A stretch of DNA of 64,000 bases from Paraphysomonas bandaiensis. Lineage: Eukaryota > Protista > Chrysophyceae. The notes below the pieces were generated by a model. That model ran no database searches. It was not told the DNA's origin and was given only the letters and a program-made list of their open reading frames with translations. How positions within the stretch are numbered: the first letter of the stretch is position 1; each line of letters starts with the position of its first letter. The stretch covers positions 1 through 64,000 of the forward strand of contig CBFFRP010000068.1 in the NCBI GenBank assembly GCA_965644295.1, read 5' to 3'. The position numbers and the translations under genes are program-made. This document shows positions 23,672 to 34,033 of the stretch, one piece after another.

Positions 23672-25247
23672 ATGAAATCGATTCGGCTGTCATGGAGTGG
23701 TATATTTATTGCATGTCTGAGCTTCCTGTGCATTGTTGAGTGTTTCAGGACGCCCCCGAATAGAGACCCTCCTGTTTTAAAATTTGATATATATAACATC
23801 AAGACCCCTCAATTGATTGGGATAATTGCAGGATGCATTGTCTTTACAGCCACAGTCTTCAGTGTGATCGTTCTGCTATATAAGAGTGGAACGTTTTCAA
23901 GGTTCGCTAAGGAAGTTGCATCTGGTCAGGAGTTGCGGTATATATCCAAAGCGGAAGCAGCAACTCCTCAAATCGCCGACCTTCCAGAATTATATGACCA
24001 CTTGCTAGATGCCAGGGCAAAGCTTTCTACGAAGCCATCGATTTTAACATTGAAAGGAAAGCATATGATTCTACGCGAACTTAAAGCTTCAGATATGAAG
24101 GATGTATACGAGGCTAGTAGTGGACAGGCGCTATTCCATGAGAGCGCATACGATCCAGAAAGAATATGGGGCTGGCTCCCAAATTTCAATGGAATGAAAC
24201 CCTATTCGTCGTTTGAAGAATTTCAGCGCGCAATGGTGGAGTCACCGAATTCTCGTCACTGTGTAATGGTTGATCCCGCTCTTGATAGAGTAGTTGGTAT
24301 GATCAGCTTGATTCACAACAACACCACTGATCTCACCATTCAGCTCGGTAAGAACATCGCTACAAAAATGTATTGTATTAATTAATACGTTAATTATAGA
24401 AAACATATGGGTTACTCCGGCATATCAGGGCAAGAAGTACTCACATGAAGCTGTGCTTATGGTATTGGAGCTATTGGTGGCCTCCGGCTATCGCCGTGTC
24501 ACTGCAGAAGTAGACTCACGACATCTCATTGGTAGAAAATTTTTAGAAAGGTACATTATCTTGTTGTATACATCTACATATTGTATTGTATGCTTTGGGC
24601 GAAGTACCATGGATCATCTGAAGTGACCGCTCCTGGGGTATCCCCCAGGATCGCAGGACGCTGTTGATTTTGCTCTATACTAGTAGCCCATATAGTATTG
24701 CACCCTCGATGTCGCCTTGAGCCGCCGTATACGCATCTTGTGTATCACGGCTGGCTCGGTGCGTCGTGAGGTGATGATAGAGTATTTTTCTTGGTGGGGG
24801 TTAGAGTGTAGGACCGCTCTTCGATGTCTGATAACGACTCTATAACCCACTCGCTCGGACATATATTTCACAAACTGTATTGGAATTGTTGTTCTCATAC
24901 ACTTTTGCAGATGTGGATTTCGAATGGAAGCCGTCCTCAGAAAGCACCGTGTCGTCAATAACCGGAACAGGGACACTGCTCTATATGTCATGCTAAACTC
25001 GGAGTGGGATCATGCCGCAATAAAACTCAAAAAGTACCTCGGAATTGATCCCAAGCCGAAAGGGGTTAAGCTTGCAGACATTGAGTCGGCTACGTCTGCT
25101 GTTCCAAAAAATAGGTCCACCCAGTCTAATGGCATCGTCGACTTAAATGCACAACAGAACCTTTCTTCCTTTTTGCAGAGTAAGCCTGTTGGTGGCAGTG
25201 ATAGCAGTAAGGGAGCGAAAAAGAAGAAAAAGAGCAAGAAAAAATGA
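23672..25247 (+). CDS. GNAT acetyltransferase (RimJ/RimL-like) with N-terminal signal and TM segments (exons 23672-24347, 24400-24550, 24911-25247)
   Basis: IQL|ENIWVTPAYQGKKYSHEAV...GYRRVTAEVD...FLER|CGFRMEAVLRKHRVVNNRNRDTALYVMLNSEW; two hydrophobic segments N-terminally; Lys-rich tail. Confidence 0.88.
24596..24864 (+). ncRNA. Candidate intron-encoded H/ACA-type structured RNA (three hairpins)
   Basis: GC-rich block in a 360-nt intron; hairpins 24596-24690, 24701-24773, ~24789-24858; ANANNA boxes at 24692 and 24779; ACA at 24859. Confidence 0.6.
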
Positions 25248-25591
25248 GTCACTGTTGTAGCATGATTTTTATATAGTGTATATAGCTTGTGTATTTATGT
25301 AACATATGTCTCATTAACGTGAGTAAATATCTATTTGTCACTGTCTTGATTCGAGTGGTTTTGAATAAAACTTACACAAAGTGGAGCAGATAAGATTGTG
25401 TATAAGCGTATAAGTTAGTATTGGCTCAACTGACATCTGATACGATAACACCAGTAATTCAGCCAACTACTATGTACCAGGCACTTATATGTAAATGCTG
25501 TAATAAAATACCAAGCATAGGCATTACAGCGATAGGAGAATGGTGATGTACGCATACATGACGAGTTTTACTTAAGACAAGGTCAATATTC

Positions 25592-25669
25592 CAGGGCCTG
25601 GTAACCATTAATGGTAGTGCAGTTCCCGGCAATTATATTGGGATTACCATTAACGGTTACCAGGCCTTG
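25592..25669. mobile_element. 78-bp hAT-type MITE
   Basis: 8-bp TSD CAATATTC (25584-25591, 25670-25677); 25-bp TIRs CAGGGCCTGGTAACCATTAATGGTA with 2 mismatches. Confidence 0.9.
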
Positions 25670-26486
25670 CAATATTCTAGATATGTACGACAAGTTCACT
25701 AGGCGCAAAGCTATGGCTTATTGTCTTTGAGTGCAAAAATCTAGTGGGAAGAGGAATATGAATCTACTATATGTGTCGAAGGAGATATGAACACGGCAAA
25801 GTCAGTCAGATCAGACACGTTTAGACAGTGGGTGCAATAAAATGATAATACCATCATATTGTTTGTAGGGATTGGTCACAGGAAACAAGAGTATTTTGCC
25901 GACACACAGTGTCGATGATGTGGAAACTTCACAAATGTTTAATGCGTTACAGAAGGAAGGAGGGCATCACTGAAAATAAAGATAAAGCAGTCATCCGAAA
26001 CGAGGATTTCCAGTTTGAGTTGAAGACTTACTTCTGCTAAGAAGTGGAGGAACAATAAACAATACTGACAACAAAATATAGCACATGATCTCCGTATGAT
26101 AAATGCATGAAATATTGAGTAATAGCCATCATCTCGCGTGTGTGACTGTGTTAATAGATGATTAGCAAGCTCCCAGCTACGTATCATTGATGAGATTGTT
26201 GATATTATTGCTTCTACAGTCCATGATTGCTAGAATATCTCTTTGGATTGCAAACTATTACCTGAATGACGAGGTTGGTGCATGCTGGACCCTGTATGGA
26301 CATCTGTCTCAATAGGCAGTATATATGTGCTCCTATACATTCTAGTGTATGCAGTGTATACCTGTGTATACAGTGTATATAATACCGTACTCTCTACAGC
26401 AGAGTACAAAATTGTCCAGTTTTGTTTGTTATCATTCATCTATAAATTCCTGATTTCTGCAAATGTATATAGAATAGCTGTAACAT

Positions 26487-26650
26487 CGTATGGGCAGGCA
26501 GCATCTTATTTTTCGGAAATAAATTGAAGTAAATATACTCTATATAATTTTAATAAACTACAGCTGGAATACAGATAATTTTTGTCTCAATATTAGAGGC
26601 ATCTTTGAACAAAAATATACAAAGGATGCCTATACGATCACTGCTGTATA
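26487..26650 (+). repeat. Dispersed repeat family B, copy 2
   Basis: Colinear with 12935-13108; possible outer ends TA-CAGCAG (~26395) ... CTGCTG-TA (26648). Confidence 0.85.
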
Positions 26651-26737
26651 TCCTCTACTTTAAATATGACATCATATCATCATAAGATATGAAGTGCTTA
26701 TAGATTATCAACTCACACTACTGTCAATACAATTGTA

Positions 26738-27433
26738 ATGTATAAACGTCAAAAAACTTCATCAAATTCTAAAGCTAAAAGCAGAAATTCAGATCGGATA
26801 CGGAATCTTACAGGAATTTTCTCTCCATATCGTAAGATACAATCAATGCTAGATATAGGCTGTGGGAATGCTGAAATAACATTAGAAATTGCACATCAAT
26901 ACAATATACATGAAATATATGGTGCAGATATATATCCTATTGATCAATTTCATCAACCATCATCTATATATCATATAGAATATATTCCTGTTAGTAATTC
27001 TACACTATCACTTACAGATTGTTCAATTGATTTTATTACATGTTTTATGTCTATTCATCATTTTGAAAACTTTCATAATATGATGAGAGAGATATCTAGA
27101 GTGCTGAGATCTGGAGGTTAAACTATAATTGCCTCAGCTTTCACGTGTTACGTGTTTACTTTATTTTTTATAGGTTGGTTGTTTATACGAGAACATGATG
27201 TTCCAAACCATGACACACGTCTAAAAGGTTTTTTAGACAAAATCCATGAGCAGTACGATGATCACCCTCCAGGCCCTATAAACTACTGGGACAGAGATGA
27301 CCTTGCCGATAACCTTATGCGCACATATGGGCTCATTCGTGTTGCAGATTCTGACTACCCAAAGTGTGTAAAAAACAAGATGGCAATTTATCATACACTA
27401 TTTTATAATATAGGGACTATGTACTTCATATAA
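26738..27433 (+). CDS. Class I SAM-dependent methyltransferase (exons 26738-27116, 27174-27433)
   Basis: MLDIGCGNA, IYGADI, IDFITCFMSIHHF, EISRVLRSGG|WLFIREHD. Confidence 0.88.
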
Positions 27434-28916
27434 TGATAATCAAGTGATTGAGACGGTTCATTTCCATTCAGAAAATCTGATTAGAAGTGGAACTGTGAAC
27501 ATTGGAGGTATTGTATATTGTATATTGTATACAAAATGGCATTTAAGATTGTAAGTTCCACCATATAGTACTTAACATAATTAATGTGATACTAGGATGT
27601 CTTTGGCTTCTATGTATGTCATCAACTATTGCCTTCTTCATTACTATATTTCTTCAATTACTATTCATAGTTCATAGTAACGCTAGCGCTATCAGTGTAA
27701 CTCTAGAAAAATTGGGTATCATGATGAGTATGCGGTATTTAGGAGGCCATTATAAGAAAGAAATAGTGTAGGTAGTAGTATGAGATGAGACGTAGATGGT
27801 AGTTATGATGAGATTAGAAGGTATGAATACTAAGGCCAGATATAGGGGTGGAGTGGTGTATATACGGACATTTATGGTACCCGTACAGTTTTATTGTGGT
27901 ATAGCTACTTAGTACTTAGATATTCTGTAGAATGATTTAGGAGTAGGTAGTAGGATGTTAAGGGATTGGTATATACTATTTCTGGAAGTAAAAAACTAGC
28001 TATTTATGGCTGCGAAAAGGCTTCTAGAATTAGCCATGAGAGAGTAGGGATACGGGTATGGACTTTTAGATATAGCAAAGTTTAAAGAGAATCAAGAGTA
28101 AGAAGTTTTAGGTGTTGTGAGAATACTTTCGTACTACTTTCTATCCCATATCATCTGTATACATAAAAGAGGAGGTTACAACTAGTCTCCACCAGTGATG
28201 CTTTGACACCCCTAGTCACGTCATATCAGTATACAGTGTACAATATACTGCAATGTGCAATATATTGGTCTCTGTCCCTGGTCTAGATCTTGTCTTTTAG
28301 GTTCAAGAGCTACCGTAAAGTATTCTGTGCAAGCATAGGCATGAACTAAAGCGAAAGTTAGTAATTGTAGGTCGTTTGAAATTACGTCTTCTTCATCAAT
28401 TCCACATGCAATCTGTAACAAATATTTATTTCCGTAAAATTATTTTTAGTATAGTGAGACCTTACTGTAAATATCGAACCAATGATAAACCGGTTCAGGT
28501 ATGTGATTTCTGCACTATTAGTACTACAAGCAGACGCTATAGAAAATAGAAACTATAAATCTCTAAACACTTTAAGCGTAACAACATGATTGTGTTTGTT
28601 TATAAAGTAGGAATTGTTTACAAATGCTACATTCGAATATTTCATAATATAATAGTTATTATACTGCTCTCGAAAATCTTAAAGCAAAGTCATTGCTTAA
28701 TTTTATACTCTTTTAGCAGCGGTGCCCACTTAATTAAGTGAAAACGGTTCAGTTGAATATTGTGTGTTGGTCGCGGGTTATCCTTACCGAATAATAAAAC
28801 TTACCGACTCCACACAGCCAGAATATAATGAATGAGAATAAACCAAGTGAATATCTACAATATTAGTACAAAGTAAGTTATATTGGTGAGGGCTAGAGTC
28901 CTCACATTTGCTATTT

Positions 28917-29294
28917 TTATTCTGCCTTATCTGTCGGCCTCTCTTCTATCTCTCGGCTGGAAGAGGATTTACTCTTGCCAATGAGAAGCGAATTTTTAAG
29001 AGCTTTGAGCTCCCCTTCGATTTTCGCCAAGTCAAGATCCATTTCTGCCAGTATGTTAGCTCTCTCAATATCTTTCTTTGCTATCATTATCTTGTGTTTA
29101 CGTTCCTCTCTCCAGTGCACAATGAAGCCTACTATGCCTCCAACTACAACCGTGAATCCAGCCAACCAAGTGATGCCGCTGCTATGTTCTTCTAATAGTT
29201 TGAAAGTTTCGTTTGCTCCTTTTGATGTGGAAGATTTTCGTGTAGTACCAACTGAACGCAAGAACGAACGAAATTGATACATTATTCCAATCAA
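28917..29294 (-). CDS. Small single-pass membrane protein with coiled coil, unknown function
   Basis: 125-aa ORF; TM WLAGFTVVVGGIVGFIVHW followed by charged heptads. Confidence 0.6.
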   Translation of the reverse strand: MIGIMYQFRSFLRSVGTTRKSSTSKGANETFKLLEEHSSGITWLAGFTVVVGGIVGFIVHWREERKHKIMIAKKDIERANILAEMDLDLAKIEGELKALKNSLLIGKSKSSSSREIEERPTDKAE

Positions 29295-29345
29295 TTATTT
29301 ACTTTATGTTGTATGTGTTGTGCTGAGTCATTGTAGTTTTGTAGT

Positions 29346-29565
29346 GGGTGACTACCTAAATTGCACAAACACATAAATGCATAAAAAATAGGCTGCATAA
29401 ACTCATGAATTTATGCAGATTTATGATTTTTTAGGAGACCCCTCCGGACCCCTCGTACAAACTATCCTATATGCATAAACATATGCAGAAACTGGGTCTG
29501 AATAGATTTTTATAATCCCAGACTTTTTATGCATTTATGTATTTATGCAATTTAGGTAGTCACCC
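29346..29565. mobile_element. 220-bp MITE, PIF/Harbinger-related (ANT-type 3-bp TSD)
   Basis: 42-bp TIRs GGGTGACTACCTAAATTGCA... with 2 mismatches; AGT on both sides (29343-29345, 29566-29568). Confidence 0.88.
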
Positions 29566-29802
29566 AGTGTATCGAGATAATATGCTTCTGGTGGGCACAG
29601 TCAGTGTATGAGAAGATGAGCACCCGGAGTATATACTACACACTACGACTACAATGTATATTGTTGTATCAGTTGGGGTGCATTTCTAGAGTTGAGACTG
29701 TATTCTTGTATTCTTGTATGCATACACGTCTGTAGTCTCAAATCTAGAAAAATAGGGACCCACACGCTCCATCTTCTCCGCAACACTCAGCAAGAAGGAC
29801 AT

Positions 29803-32800
29803 CCAGTCGCCGTCAAAAGTCCGAACAAGTCAAAAGTCCGAACAACCGTTTTTTGATCAAAAGTCCAAAAATGTCGTTCGAAACTCTCATATTTCTCTCA
29901 CTTCAGTGACATTGAAATCCAATTAACACAACACTTGAACTGACCTGACACTGGAGACTTATCATTCTATGGCAATCATGGACCACTGGACACGAATATG
30001 CAACCAGATTTTCATTTCATACACTGCTTCTCTCAATATCACAAGGTTTCTTATATCGTTCCAATTCATCGAGTACCCCTCACATCCGGCACCATTTCTC
30101 AAAATCCCTACATTGAATTTTCAACATGACGATCTTAAAAGGTTTGTATACAGATGGACTCTCACATATATGAGTGCTGTGCAATTCCTACGACTTGTTT
30201 TTGAATAATGTCTGATTTGTGTTCTTTCAGTGACTCGTCTATGCGACTACAAGAATCTTCGCAAAAAGAACCGACAAGACGCCATAGACAAGCTCCGGGC
30301 AGCTAAATTTGCAAAAGCACAGTCGAAAGACAGCTATGGATCAGATGTTGACCTCAATAATGACTTTAGTTGGTCAAGGTTGCGCAGTTAAGCAGTGTGA
30401 ACCAGTACTGCTGAGAGCAAAATATTTCTCGAAGAGTGCTCCTCAGGTAGCTGTTTTTGTCTATCTATGCGTTTATACATATTTATGAGGAACAATCTAT
30501 CTTATAGGACGTAGACAAATGGTAATTGTAGCTATTCGGGTCTAGAATTGGAAGAATGAAGCGCGTGTGTTCGTTCCGGCTGGCCAGGCGTATGAGGAAG
30601 CTGTTACTGTGATCTTGTCCACTTCTGTGCCCTACGGGGATTACATAGAGACACGAAGGAGTGTAAAGAGTGTCAACATTCAAGGGAGCAAGTTTCTTAA
30701 GCAGTTCATGATAACCTCTTGGATAATATCACTCTACCTAAAGACCAAATTAGACAATGCAAACAAGAACTAGATAGTACTATCTACATATTCGTTGCTG
30801 AATTCTTATTAACAACTGGAGTGGTAATCCGATTAATTCGTAAGTTTTATTTCTTCATGCTCCACTCTCTTGAATTTGTAGACATAGCTAGCTAGGTTGT
30901 GGTATCATGATAGGTGATAACAGACAGTGGCTACATAAAATCGTTTGATTGTACTACCAGCTATGCGACACATATCATGCAGCAGCACAAAATTAACTTT
31001 ATTATAGTAATATACAATAACGATTGCTAATATATTTAGTGACGATAGCTATTAGTGTACCACTACAAGAAGAAAATAATCATAAATCAGCGGTATTAAA
31101 ACAACGTAAATAAGCGTATTAAAACAACATAATTAAGCTAACTATACTTTGTATCTGTGGCACACTTCACGGAACAGGGCCCAACAAGATCTTACGTCTG
31201 CGAGGGGCAAGTGTGGCACAGCTATCTTACAATTGTCTTTACTTTAGTTCTATCTTCTTGGCAGCCTCTGCTTTCTTCCTCTCCCTTTCAACAGCATTTT
31301 CTGTCTTTTCTCGTTCTCTCTTCTCGGCAGCCTCTTCTTTTTTACGCTTTCTCGCCTTGATAGCTTCCGCCTTTTTGTGCTCAGCCTCTGCCTTTTTGTG
31401 CTCAGCCTCGGCCTTCTTGCGCTCCTTCTCAGCAGCTTTCTCAGCTTTGGCTCGGGTAGAAGCACGTAGCATATCATTGCGTCTTTCGACCTCAACGCTA
31501 TGATTGAGCCATACAGCTCTCTGGCGGATAATACTAAGCTCGTTCAAATTCAACATAGGTGTAGCTAACTTAACGTCATGCTTAGTAAGGATTGCGGAGA
31601 TGTCATCATCACGTGTTAGACCGCGAAGGCTGGCAAGCTGTATGAGTTCTGGTATAACATTATTAAGAAGGCGGGACGCTTCTTCTTCAGGAAGTTGGCA
31701 GATATGAGGGTTTTTCCGAAGCAGGACTTCAGCATCAAACGGCTCGAAAGCGGCCGAGGCGAAGCCAGATATAATGTTGTCACCAGTGTAACACTTGGTG
31801 ATCATTGTAGGCAAGCGATGAAAGAAATTTCTATACGTTGTTATCGAGTCGCTATCCATCTTGATGTCCTTCATATACTGGACAACGTATGGAAGGAAGA
31901 TGGGAGTTGCGCCCTTCGTCTTGGGGTCGTAAAATTCCGCCTTCTTACAATACTCATTGCACAAAGCAAAACATCGCGTGAGATCACAAGGCTGTGCACA
32001 CATGGTGTATGCGGCTGCTAACTTGACAAACTCGATGGAGAAAGAACCCCATTTTTCCATTAGTACGTCGATAAGAGCACGTATGAGTCCATATTCGCCA
32101 TCAAGTGACCAAAGAATAGGGACCTGCTTCTCTATACTCGAGTAATTCACATCGAGTTTCTTCAATGTTCTCTCTTTTCGGTCTCTGTTTTTAACAACTA
32201 CAGGGAGAATGTGTTCATCAATAATAAACATTCCGAAAGTTGCCTCTGCACTGAGTGGTTTCTTTTGTGTAGCATGTGCCTCTTCCAGCTTATCACATTC
32301 ACGGTCGTCATGCTGCTCCCGAAGGGCTCGCATTTGATCCCGTGTGTCCAAGTCAGGACCGGAGCAATAATCATCCCCATTTCCGCTTGGGTTTAGTCCT
32401 TTATCATCGTTACTTTTACATTTTGAACCTTTATCATCTTGAGCAATTTCTTCCTTCTCATCACTACCCTCAACTTCCTTCAAACCCGGCATAGCTTCAT
32501 CACTCTCCTCCATATCAACGTCCTCCCAGACTGTTTCAGCGTCATCTGTAGTTTTGCTCTCAGTGCACTGTTTGATCCTGTGTGCAGGACGAAAAATAAT
32601 GCTCTGTACCCATCCATTCATGTTGAACTTGAAACACTTCAACTCCTTGCATTTTCGTTCCCGGATGACAACAATATGGCTGAGTAGAGCAGGCTCTGCA
32701 CTCATAGTAGCCGTGCACTTAACGGATCGTATCTTCTTCTTGTTGGTAATGGCGACAGAAAGACGGTTAAGTTTCATCAGTTTTTTCATATTCTATGTCA

Positions 32801-34033
32801 AAATTTTGTAAATAAAGTAACCACGAATCGCCAACTATACATACCTGTGGACAACGTGCCCGCCTCTGCTTACTATATCCTAGCATGATGTTGTGAGTAT
32901 CCGAATTGGTCTTGTTCCACGGATGAAATCGGTTGCCTTGAGGATTTTCTGGTGATACCCCTAAGATGGCACCTACTATGGCTACGCTGGATAAGGGATT
33001 GAATGCATCATTGATGGCCTCCTGCCTTCGCGCATTGACTGTGGACGGAGCATCCACACTTTCAGGTGACACCTTTTTCAAATACCTGCCTATGGTGGAA
33101 TTTGAGGGTGCCTTACGATTCTTAAGGAAGTTCCCCCCTTGCTTGTTGACAGTCCCTGCACTGGTCAGTGCTTTAACAAAATCCCCATCGGATGCAGAAG
33201 TGAATGAGTTCCCAGTTGCAGTGGCCTCATGGCTCATGTCGGACAACATTGCCACACCGTCTTCGTCCGTCCAGGTCGGGCGCCCAAGATAGCTACGATT
33301 GGGATCTAGCCCTCTTTCTCGTTTATCTTTGGCCCTACAAAGCAGATATTCCATCAGAAATACGTATGTTATGACAATAAAGAGTTACCTGAAGAACACT
33401 CCACGAGTGATGTTGTGATTGCGACAAAACTCACTAACATTACTAGGTTTATCCTTTTCATATTCATCGAGAATAGCATTGAGGTCAACATCAGATCCAT
33501 AGCTGTCTTTCGACTGTGCTTTTGCAAATTTAGCTGCCCGGAGCTTGTCTATGGCGTCTTGTCGGTTCTTTTTGCGAAGATTCTTGTAGTCGCATAGACG
33601 AGTCACTGAAAGAACACAAATCAGACATTATTCAAAAACAAGTCGTAGGAATTGCACAGCACTCATATATGTGAGAGTCCATCTGTATACAAACCTTTTA
33701 AGATCGTCATGTTGAAAATTCAATGTAGGGATTTTGAGAAATGGTGCCGGATGTGAGGGGTACTCGATGAATTGGAACGATATAAGAAACCTTGTGATAT
33801 TGAGAGAAGCAGTGTATGAAATGAAAATCTGGTTGCATATTCGTGTCCAGTGGTCCATGATTGCCATAGAATGATAAGTCTCCAGTGTCAGGTCAGTTCA
33901 AGTGTTGTGTTAATTGGATTTCAATGTCACTGAAGTGAGAGAAATATGAGAGTTTCGAACGACATTTTTGGACTTTTGATCAAAAAACGGTTGTTCGGAC
34001 TTTTGACTTGTTCGGACTTTTGACGGCGACTGG
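29803..34033 (-). mobile_element. Apparently autonomous DNA transposon, pogo-like, with 556-bp TIRs
   Basis: TIRs 29803-30358 and 33478-34033 (one mismatch seen, at 30343); flanked by ACAT (29799-29802, 34034-34037); three CAAAAGTCC(GAACAA) repeats near each end; internal transposase gene. Confidence 0.95.
31239..33710 (-). CDS. Divergent pogo/DDE_1-like transposase, DD38D (exons 33710-33695, 33605-33389, 33334-32845, 32792-31239)
   Basis: Phase-compatible GT-AG introns; HTH-like NVSEFCRNHNITRGVFFR followed by GRP; NSD (first D), SVKCTATMSAEPALLSHIVVI, WSLDG (second D), KLAAAYTMCAQPCD (third D), NIISGFASAAFEPFD, charged coiled-coil tail. Confidence 0.8.

Noticed and set aside
24700-24830. 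Words resembling the LSU rRNA peptidyl-transferase region (CCTCGATGTCG, TTCGATGTC)
   Set aside because: Only 9-11 nt, in sense orientation, so neither an rRNA fragment nor an antisense guide
25860-26300. Degenerate coding-like sequence (also 62800-63010 and 63600-63900)
   Set aside because: Multiple stops and no recognisable motif; cannot be assigned without a search
27586-28154. Possible solo LTR (TGATA...TATCA)
   Set aside because: No TSD, second copy, PBS or PPT visible
29675-29760. Small hairpin TTTCTAGAGTTGAGACT...AGTCTCAAATCTAGAAA
   Set aside because: Possibly a MITE relic, but ends and TSD cannot be defined
29969-30208. Identical 79-aa ORFs at 29969-30208 and 33628-33867
   Set aside because: A consequence of the TIR duplication; they run through the transposase's first intron and their spliced frame hits a stop. 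Could at most be a uORF
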